Under the pieces are notes generated by a model. The model was not told where the DNA came from. It saw only the letters and a program-made list of their open reading frames with translations, and did no database searches. 64,000 nucleotides of DNA. Origin: Bacillota bacterium. GTDB taxonomy: Bacteria; Bacillota; Clostridia; Christensenellales; CAG-314. Location: contig JAEWZT010000006.1 of NCBI GenBank assembly GCA_023458375.1, forward strand, positions 17,581-81,580, read 5' to 3'. The position numbers and the translations under genes were made by a program. Of this stretch, positions 56,701 to 64,000 are shown in pieces (the stretch's first letter is position 1; every line of letters starts with the position of its first letter).

Positions 56701-57398
56701 GGTAAAACAGTTAAAATCATCCATTCGGGACGGTTGCCGCTCTTTCTGAACGCCTCCACGATTTCTATGCGCTTGATAGCGCGCGCACGCTTTTGACCTG
56801 TGGAATTTGTCAGTATTCTCTTTAATTCTTCCGATTCCTTGTCAAGGTTAATGCTTTGCAAAAGCTCTTGTATGGATTCCGCGCCCATGCCCGCCCTAAA
56901 AGCGTTGGAGCCGTATTTTTCCACCGCTTCCTTGTGTTCCAAAGCGGTAAGCACCTGTTTTCTTGCCAAATCGGTTTTTAAAGGGTCAAGCACGACAAAG
57001 CTTGCAAAGTTAAGCACCTGTTCAAGCTGCTTGGGGCTCATGTCAAGCAAAAGACCCATTCTGCTTGGAACGCCGCGGAAATACCATATATGGGAAACGG
57101 GGGCGGCAAGCTCAATGTGTCCCATTCTTTCGCGCCTTACCTTTGACTGCGTAACCTGAACGCCGCATTTGTCGCAAATTACGCCCTTGTAGCGTATTCT
57201 TTTATATTTACCGCAATGGCATTCCCAGTCCTTAATAGGTCCGAAGATTTTTTCGCAAAACAAGCCGTCTTTTTCGGGCTTTTGCGTGCGGTAGTTAATG
57301 GTTTCGGGCTTTGTTACTTCGCCGTAACTCCATTCTCTTATCTTTTCGGGAGAAGCAATTCCTATCTGAATAGAATCGTAGTTATTTAATTCTCTCAT
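53763..57398 (-). CDS. rpoC: DNA-directed RNA polymerase subunit beta'
   Basis: Zinc-binding [21 protein letters not shown], catalytic NADFDGD, and the trigger-loop region. 1211 aa. Confidence 0.98.
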   Translation of the reverse strand: MRELNNYDSIQIGIASPEKIREWSYGEVTKPETINYRTQKPEKDGLFCEKIFGPIKDWECHCGKYKRIRYKGVICDKCGVQVTQSKVRRERMGHIELAAPVSHIWYFRGVPSRMGLLLDMSPKQLEQVLNFASFVVLDPLKTDLARKQVLTALEHKEAVEKYGSNAFRAGMGAESIQELLQSINLDKESEELKRILTNSTGQKRARAIKRIEIVEAFRKSGNRPEWMILTVLPVLPPEIRPMVPLDGGRYATSDLNDLYRRVITRNNRLKKLLEMSAPTILINNEKRMLQEAVDSLIDNSRSKRPQTGAGNREYKSLSGMLRGKQGRFRQNLLGKRVDYSGRSVIVVGPELKMHQCGLPKEMALELFRPFVMRMLVDTGQCTNIKNARKRAERADSKVWDCLEEVIKDHPILLNRAPTLHKLSIQAFEPVLIEGRAIKLHPLACTAFNADFDGDQMAVHVPLSIEAQTEARYLMLASNNILKLSDGRPVVSPTKDMVLGCYYLTIDKEGAKGGYRKPQGMDCDIFKVTDFELARAGHRDCIGKSFSSVEEAVLAYNSKDIELQSIVNIRVSKEIEGKTYSKILRTTVGRMIFNNAIPQDLGFVNRNTPEEMLNLELDRLIDLSRLSEIVARCYKIHGTTPTSELLDKIKDLGYKYSTVSGITASVFDMHIPKAKKDILKKTGDKVLEIEEAYQQGLITDEERYKEVVEKWKTATDEVKSELQKSLTKFNPIWMMAHSGARGSMSQINQLCGMRGLMTDPSGKTIELPVKANFREGLSVLEYFISSHGGRKGQADTAIKTADSGYLTRRLVDVSHDVIVREEDCFAGARPQGTRLMAIKASDGGIVEKISDRIAGRYAIEDVVNPATGEVLAKADTMISDEAAKIIESAGIESVNCRTVLTCRSKQGICAKCYGKNMANNSQVPLGEAVGVIAAQSIGEPGTQLTMRTFHTGGVATTEDITQGLPRVEELFEARRPKGVAILCENNGRVVITDKENKRTVTVSDGNLTKAYDIPYTARIKVAEGDNVTSGDALTEGPVYPHDLLKTKGIRAVQEYLLKEVQSVYRQQGVTINDKHVEIIIRQMLKKVKVEDAGDTKLLPGEQIDTFRFDDENMRVLEEGGKPAAAKRTLLGITKASLATESWLSAASFQETSRVLTEAAIKNKIDPLFGLKENVIIGKLLTAGTGLKEYRSYNVKEIIDTITENDVMFEDEF

Positions 57399-57410
57399 AT
57401 TCCCCTCCTT

Positions 57411-60400
57411 TTACTCGTCGTCCGACTTATCGCCGTCAATTTCTTCGCCGAACAAGTCGGAAAAGTCGTCGCCGTCGCTCAAATCGTCAAATAAACTCTT
57501 TATGTCGTCTTTCTTGCCCTGCGCGGTTTCGCTTTCGCCTTCGCCGAACAAATCGCCTATATCAAACTCTTCTTCGTCTTCTTTTAAAGTATAGCCTTCT
57601 TCCGTCCCCAAAATAATGCCTTCGTTGCCGTGGAAAGCCCTCATGGCTTCCTTGCGCGCTTCCTGTTCCCTGAGCGTTACTTCAAGCAGGTCGGAAGCTT
57701 CGTCGGCGCTGTCGCGTATGGTAATTTCTTCGGCATCCTCGCTCATAACTCTTACGTCAAGCGCTAAGGATTGAAGTTCTTTGATTAAAACCTTAAAGGA
57801 TTCGGGTATGCCCGGTTCGGCGATGTTTTCGCCCTTGACTATACTTTCGTAAGTCTTTACGCGCCCCACCACGTCGTCGGATTTTACCGTCAAAATTTCC
57901 TGTAATATATTTGCCGCGCCGTAAGCGTATAAAGCCCAAACTTCCATTTCGCCGAAACGCTGTCCGCCGAACTGCGCTTTTCCGCCTAAGGGCTGCTGCG
58001 TTACCAAAGAATAGGGTCCTATTGAGCGGGCGTGAATTTTGTCGTCAACCAAGTGGACAAGTTTAAGCATATACATATAGCCAACCGTTACCCTGTTTTC
58101 AAAAGGTTCGCCCGTTCTGCCGTCATAAAGCACCACTTTGCCGTCAACTTCGCCCGTTTCTTCGTTTACAAGCCCGTTTTCCATAAACAGTTCTTTGATT
58201 TCCTGTTCAGTCGCGCCGTCAAAGACGGAAGTAGCCACTTCCCAGCCCAGATAACGCGCGATTCTGCCCAAGTGAACCTCTAAAACCTGCCCTATATTCA
58301 TACGGCTTGGCACGCCCAAGGGATTAAGCACGATTTCCAACCGTGTGCCGTCTTCCATAAAAGGCATGTCCTCTTCGGGAAGTATCCTTGAAATAACGCC
58401 CTTGTTTCCGTGTCTGCCCGCCATTTTGTCGCCCACGCTTATCTTTCTCTTTTGGGCGATATAAACGCGTACTAATTTTTTGACGCCTGGGTTTAACTCG
58501 TCCCTGTTTTCACGGGTAAATACCTTTACGTCAACTACAATGCCCCCCTCTCCGTTGGGGACTTTTAACGAAGTGTCGCGCACTTCCCTTGCTTTTTCCG
58601 AGAATATAGCCCTTAAAAGCCTTTCTTCTGGCGTAAGGTCGGTTTCGCCCTTAGGGGTAACTTTGCCCACGAGGTAAGAACCGGGACCAACTTCCGCACC
58701 CACGCGTATAATGCCCTCTTCGTCTAAGTCTTTAAGCATTTCTTCGCTTACGTTGGGAATGTCCCTTGTAAACTCTTCCGAGCCCAGTTTGGTTTCGCGC
58801 GCTTCTATTTCGTATTCCTCAATATGGATTGAGGTAAACACGTCCTCTTTAACAAGCTTTTCGGAAATAAGTATCGCGTCCTCGTAGTTATAGCCTTCCC
58901 AGCTCATAAAGCCTATTAAAATGTTTCTGCCCAAAGCAAGCTCTCCGCCGCAGGTTGAGGGTCCGTCGGCTAAAATATCTCCCTTTTTGACGGCGGAGCC
59001 TTTTGTCATAAGCGGTCTTTGATTTATACAGGTACCTTGGTTGCTGCGCACAAATTTCTTTAAGGGGTAATTGTGAATAGCGCCCTCTTTGTCGGTAACT
59101 TCCATTGAGCTGCCCTCAACGCGGCTTACCGTGCCTTCTTCGTTGGCGATAACCATTACGCCGCTGTCGTAGGCAATGCGGTATTCCGAACCGGTAGCCA
59201 CAATCGGCTCTTGCGGAACAAGAAGCGGCACAGCCTGACGCTGCATGTTTGAACCCATTAAAGCTCTGCTGGTATCGTCGTTTTCTAAAAAAGGAATTAA
59301 ACTCGTCGCCACCGAAATGAGCTGTTTGGGGGAAACGTCCATATAGTCAATGTCGTCGCGGGGGAACTCCGCAATGAGCTTTTCCTCGCGGCAGGTAACG
59401 CGCTCATTTACAAACCAGCTGTTTTCGTCAAGCACTTCGTTTGCCTGCGCTATGATATATTCGTCCTCTTCGTCCGCCGCCATATAGCGCACTTCGTCGG
59501 TAACTCTTTTATTGGCTTTGTCCACCTTGCGGTAGGGAGCTTCAATAAAGCCGTATTCGTTAATGCGGGCAAACGTAGCCAAAGAGGTGATTAAGCCTAT
59601 GTTTTGACCTTCGGGGGTTTCTATGGGGCACATTCTGCCGTAGTGGGAATAGTGAACGTCGCGCACTTCAAAAGTCGCGCGCTCTCTGTTTAAGCCCCCC
59701 GGTCCCAGCGCGGAAAGCTTGCGTTTGTGCGTCAGTTCCGCAATGGGGTTGGATTGGTCCATAAACTGCGACAGCTGCGAGGAGCCAAAAAACTCTTTGA
59801 TTATGCTTGAAACGGGGCGCACGTTTATCAAAGACTGGGGCGTAGCCTTGTCTTTTTCCTGCGCGCTCATTCTTTCGCGTATAAGCCTTTCAAGCCTCGC
59901 CACGCCAATTCTTAACTGCGCCTGAACAAGTTCCCCCACCGAACGGGCGCGTCTGTTGCCCAGGTGGTCAATATTGTCAACGTTTCCTACGCCGCACTTT
60001 AAGTTGAGGTTATACGAAATGGTCGCGATAATGTCTGCACGGGTAATATGCTTGGGAACTAATCTGTCTTTGCTTTCGGCAATAGCTATTAAAGTTTCTT
60101 CTTTGCTAAGCCCCTGCGCCAACAGCTCGCTTAAAACCGTAAGGTTAGCGTTTTCTAATATGCCGCATTGGTTTTTAAAATCTATGCCCTCATAGATACT
60201 GTTAAAGCGGGGCATATAATAGTTAAGTTCAACGGTGTCGTTACCGATAATTTTTTCAACCTTGCCGCCGTTGCCGTAAACATAAGCGATATTTACGCCG
60301 CTGTGCTGAATATCATTTGCGTCCTCTCTCGTAAGGCGTTTGTCTGCGCCGTAAGTAATAACTTCGCCCGTGCTTTGCCTTACAAAGGTAATGTCCTTTG

Positions 60401-61280
60401 CAAGCACGCGCTTTTCAATTCTGTGAGCAAGGCTAAGCTTTTTGTTAAACTTATATCTGCCTACGCGCGCAAGGTCGTAACGCTTTGCGTCAAAAAGCAA
60501 ATCGTGAAGCTGTTTTCTTGTAGATTCGTCGGCGGGAACTTCGCCGGGGCGCAGGCGCTTATAAAGCTCAATAAGCCCTTCGCGTTCCGACTTGGTGGAG
60601 TCCTTTTCAACGGTGCTTTTGATTGTGTCGTCGTTGTCAAAAAGCTCTAAAATCTCTGAGTCGGTGCCGTAGCCGATGGAACGCAAAAGCACGGTCGCGG
60701 GAAGTTTTCTGTTTCTGTCCACGTGAACGTACAAAATATTATTTACGCCGTCTTGAACGAATTCAAGCCACGCGCCCCTGTTGGGTATTACCGTAATTCC
60801 GAACTGCTCGTTGCCGTTTTTATCCCTGCTGCTGCTTGCGTAAACGCCGGGAGAGCGGACAAGCTGGCTTACCACCACGCGTTCTGCGCCGTTTATAATA
60901 AAACTGCCCGTATCGGTCATTAAGGGGAAGTCGCCCATATAGACTTCCTGTTCTAGCTGCTCGCCCGTGTCTGTTCGCGTTAAACGTACCTTGACTTTAA
61001 GCGGAGCGGAATAAGTGGCATCTCTGACCCTGCATTCCCTTTCGGTGTATTTGGACTTTTGGTCCAACGTGCAGTCAACGAAACTCAGTTCAAAGTTGCC
61101 GCCAATATCCACAATGGGAGAAAAGTCCTCAAATACCTCTTTTATGCCGCCGTTAATAAAGCTGTCATAAGAGTGTTTTTGGACTTCAATCAAATTGGGG
61201 ACATCAAGAACTTCTTTGATTTTAGAGAAAGTCGTCCTTTCTCTTATACCGTATTTTTTCTTACGGAAGGTTCTTGCCAT
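57411..61280 (-). CDS. rpoB: DNA-directed RNA polymerase subunit beta, with a ~110-aa acidic C-terminal extension
   Basis: The rifampicin-cluster region [34 protein letters not shown] and the motif [13 protein letters not shown]. 1289 aa. Confidence 0.98.
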   Translation of the reverse strand: MARTFRKKKYGIRERTTFSKIKEVLDVPNLIEVQKHSYDSFINGGIKEVFEDFSPIVDIGGNFELSFVDCTLDQKSKYTERECRVRDATYSAPLKVKVRLTRTDTGEQLEQEVYMGDFPLMTDTGSFIINGAERVVVSQLVRSPGVYASSSRDKNGNEQFGITVIPNRGAWLEFVQDGVNNILYVHVDRNRKLPATVLLRSIGYGTDSEILELFDNDDTIKSTVEKDSTKSEREGLIELYKRLRPGEVPADESTRKQLHDLLFDAKRYDLARVGRYKFNKKLSLAHRIEKRVLAKDITFVRQSTGEVITYGADKRLTREDANDIQHSGVNIAYVYGNGGKVEKIIGNDTVELNYYMPRFNSIYEGIDFKNQCGILENANLTVLSELLAQGLSKEETLIAIAESKDRLVPKHITRADIIATISYNLNLKCGVGNVDNIDHLGNRRARSVGELVQAQLRIGVARLERLIRERMSAQEKDKATPQSLINVRPVSSIIKEFFGSSQLSQFMDQSNPIAELTHKRKLSALGPGGLNRERATFEVRDVHYSHYGRMCPIETPEGQNIGLITSLATFARINEYGFIEAPYRKVDKANKRVTDEVRYMAADEEDEYIIAQANEVLDENSWFVNERVTCREEKLIAEFPRDDIDYMDVSPKQLISVATSLIPFLENDDTSRALMGSNMQRQAVPLLVPQEPIVATGSEYRIAYDSGVMVIANEEGTVSRVEGSSMEVTDKEGAIHNYPLKKFVRSNQGTCINQRPLMTKGSAVKKGDILADGPSTCGGELALGRNILIGFMSWEGYNYEDAILISEKLVKEDVFTSIHIEEYEIEARETKLGSEEFTRDIPNVSEEMLKDLDEEGIIRVGAEVGPGSYLVGKVTPKGETDLTPEERLLRAIFSEKAREVRDTSLKVPNGEGGIVVDVKVFTRENRDELNPGVKKLVRVYIAQKRKISVGDKMAGRHGNKGVISRILPEEDMPFMEDGTRLEIVLNPLGVPSRMNIGQVLEVHLGRIARYLGWEVATSVFDGATEQEIKELFMENGLVNEETGEVDGKVVLYDGRTGEPFENRVTVGYMYMLKLVHLVDDKIHARSIGPYSLVTQQPLGGKAQFGGQRFGEMEVWALYAYGAANILQEILTVKSDDVVGRVKTYESIVKGENIAEPGIPESFKVLIKELQSLALDVRVMSEDAEEITIRDSADEASDLLEVTLREQEARKEAMRAFHGNEGIILGTEEGYTLKEDEEEFDIGDLFGEGESETAQGKKDDIKSLFDDLSDGDDFSDLFGEEIDGDKSDDE

Positions 61281-61473
61281 ACGTTCACCCCTTTATAAAT
61301 ATTTCCTAAAAAATTTTTCAAAAAGTGTTGTCAAAGCATCTTCGCTAGTGTATATTACAAATAGAAAGAGCTTTAACAAAGCGCGTCCTTTCCGTTCAAT
61401 AAGCCTTAATGACTCCCTTTATTAAACAAATAGGGATATTTGGTTTATTCAGGCACGAAATAGCGCATCTAAT

Positions 61474-61503
61474 ACTATAACATTTGACTTGTCAATGAGT
61501 CAA
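61474..61503 (-). promoter_or_regulatory. Sigma-A promoter candidate for rpoB-rpoC
   Basis: On the minus strand: TTGACT (61503..61498), 18 nt spacer, TATAGT (61479..61474). This predicts a ~190-nt 5' UTR. The -35 is part of an inverted repeat, TTGACT-N8-AGTCAA. Confidence 0.45.
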
Positions 61504-61566
61504 CTTTTTTTTCCTTTCTTTTTAAAAAGATAAATTGGAAATATTTTTTCATTTTTAAATTTATGC

Positions 61567-61595
61567 TTGCATTATTTTCGCCCCTGTCATATAAT
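61567..61595 (+). promoter_or_regulatory. Orphan plus-strand sigma-A promoter-like element
   Basis: TTGCAT (61567..61572), 17 nt spacer, TATAAT (61590..61595). The nearest plus-strand gene is 775 nt downstream. Confidence 0.35.
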
Positions 61596-61812
61596 ACCGT
61601 TTCACGCGTTAATTTTGAATTTTTTAGAAAACAAGCAAACTTAAAGATAATATATTTTTGCTATTAAATATAACGGAAAAGCCCCTGCTGAGCAAGCATA
61701 GTTTTTATGTTTTCATATTTATTGGCTATTGGTATGAAAAGGCAAAACTTTTGTTTAAGCAAGCAAACAGTCTTAAAGCAATGCCCGCCCTACACATATT
61801 TACAATGAAGCT

Positions 61813-61960
61813 CTCTTAAACTAACTATTTTGCGGCTCGGCGAATGTTCTTATAAAAGCTAACTGTTTATCTTTATTAAGCTAACTGTTTAATGCCTTCG
61901 CGATTGATCTTTATTAAGCTAATTTTTAGCGGCTCCACAATTGCTCTTTACTATAACCGC
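61813..61960. repeat. Degenerate tandem repeat of about 4 units (~37 bp, one truncated), core CTTTATTAAGCTAACTGTTTA
   Basis: Units start at 61813 (CTCTTAAACTAACTATTTTGCGGCTCGGCGAATGTT), 61849 (truncated), 61871 (CTTTATTAAGCTAACTGTTTAATGCCTTCGCGATTGAT) and 61909 (CTTTATTAAGCTAATTTTTAGCGGCTCCACAATTGCT). Confidence 0.75.
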
Positions 61961-62334
61961 ATTATCAAAACTCATTATTGCGCCTTTTGCCTTTGATACT
62001 TGCGCAGGCAGACATTTAATTCAAATATCGCCCGCTTTGTGAATAGGTGCGAAAAACTCAAAATCTATAAATAAAAATATTGAATGATTTCTGCAAAAAT
62101 TCTTATTTTTAGGCTTTTAATTCCTCCACTATAAGCCATTTTAATGCGCTTTTTCGCTTTTCTTACATTTTTTTTCAAAAACTATTTGAATTACTTAGCT
62201 TTAATTTTTTCCGTTAAAAACTTATTTCAGAAATCAATCTTATTTCATAGCCGATTGTTTTTCACCGCCAATAAAAAGACTTAAAACGTTTTTCCGCTGG
62301 ATACCCGCGCCGCAACATTTACTTTAAAAGGCTG

Positions 62335-62364
62335 TTGCATAAAAGCGGCGGCGTATGATACAAT
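62335..62364 (+). promoter_or_regulatory. Promoter positioned to give a leaderless S4-domain / ispDF transcript
   Basis: TTGCAT (62335..62340), 18 nt spacer, TACAAT (62359..62364), with an extended -10 TG (TGATACAAT). The ATG at 62371 begins 7 nt after the -10 and has no SD. Confidence 0.45.
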
Positions 62365-62370
62365 TTCTAT

Positions 62371-62616
62371 ATGAGAATAGATAAGTTTTTAAAAGTTTCA
62401 AGGATACTTAAAAGGCGCAGCGTAGCAAACGAAGCGTGCGGCGGCGGCAGAGTGGAAGTCAACGGCAAGACGGCAAAACCCTCTTACCAGCTTAAAGTGG
62501 GCGACGTGGTGTCGGTACATTTTGCAAAGGGTGCGCTCACCTTTAAAATCAACGAGCTGAAAGAAACCGTAAGAAAAGAGGACGCCGAAAAAATGTATGA
62601 GGTAATAGCGGAATGA
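62371..62616 (+). CDS. RNA-binding S4-domain protein (YabO/RqcP/Hsp15-like)
   Basis: MRIDKFLKVSRILKRRSVANEACGGGRVEVNGKTAKPSYQLKVGDVV is the S4 alpha-L motif. 81 aa. Confidence 0.85.
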   Translation: MRIDKFLKVSRILKRRSVANEACGGGRVEVNGKTAKPSYQLKVGDVVSVHFAKGALTFKINELKETVRKEDAEKMYEVIAE

Positions 62617-63692
62617 GAAGCGCCGTAATCGTTGCGGCGGGGAGTTCCTCGCGCTTCGGAAAAGACAAGCTTTTTGAGGATTATCTGGGTTTTCCGCTGC
62701 TATGGTATTCAGTTACCGCTTTTGAAAAAATTGCCGACGAAATAATCGTCGTCTGCTCGCAGGAAAACTACCAAAAATGCCTTTCGCTTTTCGGCGAAAA
62801 TATTTCCCTCGTTTTGGGCGGAAACAGACGGCAGCAAAGCGTTTTGGCGGGCGTTAAAAGCGCAAAAGGCGACATTATCGCAATTCACGACGGCGCGCGC
62901 CCCTTTGTGAGCAGGGAACTGATTGCCAAAGCCTTTGAATGCGCGGAAAAACAAGGCTCTTGCCTGCCCGTAATCAAATGCGCCGATACCCTTTACGCCG
63001 ACGGAGGGCAGTTTAAGGTTATAGACAGGGAAAATGTGCTTTTGGCGCAGACGCCGCAGGTTTTTGACAGACAAAAGCTTTTAGACGCCTTTGACAAAGT
63101 TGAGGGTAGGGATTTTTCCGACGAAGCGCAGGTATGGCAAAAGGTTTACGGCGATTTGGCTGCAATTGACGGTGAAATAACCAACAGAAAAATTACGTTC
63201 AGCGGAGATTTGCCCAAAATGAACGTGGGTCAAGGCTACGACATTCATAAACTTACCCACGGCAAACCCCTTTATTTGGGGGGCGTTAGGGTGGCATACG
63301 AAAAGGGGCTTTTGGCGCACAGCGACGGCGACGTCGCGCTTCACGCTTTAATGGACGCACTGCTTTCTTCCTGCGCGCTGCCCGACATAGGGCATTACTT
63401 CCCCGACAGCGAGCAAAAATACAGCAATATAGACAGCAAGCTGCTTTTAAAAGAAGTCACGCGCCTTTTGGAGCAAAACAACGCGCATGTTTTAAGCCTT
63501 TCGCTTGCAATAATTTGTCAGCAGCCCAAACTTGCGCCCTATATCCCCCAAATGAAAGATGTAATTTCAAAAATATTAAATATTCCCCCCTCCCGCGTTG
63601 GCATATCGGCAACCACGGCGGAAGGAATGGGCGAAATAGGAAACTGTCAGGCCATAGCGGCGCTGTGCGGCTGTATAGTGCAAAGGTTTTAA
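62613..63692 (+). CDS. ispDF: Bifunctional IspD/IspF (MEP cytidylyltransferase + MEcPP synthase fusion)
   Basis: The N-terminal IspD part is AVIVAAGSSSRFG...IHDGARPF. The C-terminal IspF part is GQGYDIHKL.....LGGV......GLLAHSDGDVALHALMDALL...DIG..FP. One continuous 359-aa ORF. The start overlaps the S4 gene stop as ATGA. Confidence 0.9.
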   Translation: MRSAVIVAAGSSSRFGKDKLFEDYLGFPLLWYSVTAFEKIADEIIVVCSQENYQKCLSLFGENISLVLGGNRRQQSVLAGVKSAKGDIIAIHDGARPFVSRELIAKAFECAEKQGSCLPVIKCADTLYADGGQFKVIDRENVLLAQTPQVFDRQKLLDAFDKVEGRDFSDEAQVWQKVYGDLAAIDGEITNRKITFSGDLPKMNVGQGYDIHKLTHGKPLYLGGVRVAYEKGLLAHSDGDVALHALMDALLSSCALPDIGHYFPDSEQKYSNIDSKLLLKEVTRLLEQNNAHVLSLSLAIICQQPKLAPYIPQMKDVISKILNIPPSRVGISATTAEGMGEIGNCQAIAALCGCIVQRF

Positions 63693-63921
63693 AGTTTAAA
63701 ACGGCTTTTTAACGTTTTTTGTTTGTATATAACTATAATGTTCCTTTTGTAATGCGAAGTTGTAATATTTTAACGGCAGTATTATAAGGGGCATTGTATT
63801 GTGAATTTTTTACTGATTTCGCAACGCAATTATAAATTGCGCTTTATAATTTATTTAGTATTGAAAAGTAGTTGCGCGCAATGTATAATTAGTTATATAT
63901 AATTTTTTTAAGGAGGCATAT

Positions 63922-64000
63922 ATGTTTGAGTTTAACAAAAAATTCTATGCCGATGTCCGCATAGTGGACAGTTTTTCAACCGTAGCGCTTTATAAAAACC
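63922..64000 (+). CDS. 5' end of a gene running off the right edge (TldD/PmbA-like N-terminus?)
   Basis: AAGGAGG RBS 7 nt before ATG 63922. MFEFNKKFYADVRIVDSFSTVALYKN resembles the YADVR start of TldD/PmbA-family proteins. Only 26 codons are visible. Confidence 0.35.
   Translation, partial: MFEFNKKFYADVRIVDSFSTVALYKN

Noticed and set aside
57411-61280. Multiple 60-160-aa plus-strand ORFs inside rpoB and rpoC (for example 60168..60650 and 53851..54213)
   Set aside because: All are antisense to highly conserved, confidently identified genes. They lack RBSs and motifs. The same reasoning applies to antisense ORFs within ileS, fusA, tuf, alaS, glnS and dnaB.
1-64000. Mobile elements, prophage, tRNA, rRNA, tmRNA and RNase P RNA
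   Set aside because: No ORF shows transposase (DDE), integrase (R-H-R-Y), recombinase or reverse-transcriptase (YxDD) motifs. I saw no tRNA T-arm (GGTTCGAATCC-like) or tmRNA/RNase P signature strings. The only stable RNA found is ffs.

Overview
The window looks like chromosomal DNA from a spore-forming Clostridia-class Firmicute. Supporting genes are spoIIGA-sigE, spoIIR, sleB-ypeB, veg, a Bacillus-type large SRP RNA, GlnRS and a type-2 IleRS. About 85% of genes are on the minus strand. The right half is a long housekeeping block read right to left: rpoB-rpoC-rpsL-rpsG-fusA-tuf, then a 1.6 kb AT-rich gap, then rpmG-secE-nusG-rplK-rplA-rplJ-rplL. The left half mixes translation and replication genes (mnmA, rho, alaS, glnS, dnaB, ileS, an RluA-family synthase, an rRNA methyltransferase) with sporulation and cell-wall genes (sleB, ypeB, spoIIR, a DUF3794-LysM protein, VanW, M23, murG). 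I saw no rRNA, tRNA, CRISPR array, transposase, integrase or reverse transcriptase.

The ORF track accepts ATG, GTG and TTG and always takes the longest ORF. I therefore re-set many starts using RBS and promoter positions. I also added three features the track lacks:
- a partial DUF1624-like gene at the left edge
- a 50-aa DUF1540-like gene with its own terminator
- the SRP RNA

Most interesting items, best first:
1. A self-contained plus-strand two-gene operon (23.5-25.2 kb) encoding a NifU/IscU-like protein and a protein with a GGGTGRT motif, with no function known to me.
2. An AT-rich islet around the SRP RNA. It carries a strongly promoted zinc-ribbon plus PD-(D/E)xK-like nuclease-fold gene and a decayed HExxH gene.
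3. A WYL/YafY regulator with a divergent small ORF, an operator-like palindrome and 19-nt perfect direct repeats.
4. Two adjacent proteins built from many zinc ribbons.
5. A recent partial tandem duplication of the ypeB 5' end.
6. A short AlaRS that lacks the C-Ala domain.
7. Several degenerate tandem-repeat arrays in unusually long intergenic spacers.

All functional calls rest on motif recognition by eye. No database search was possible.
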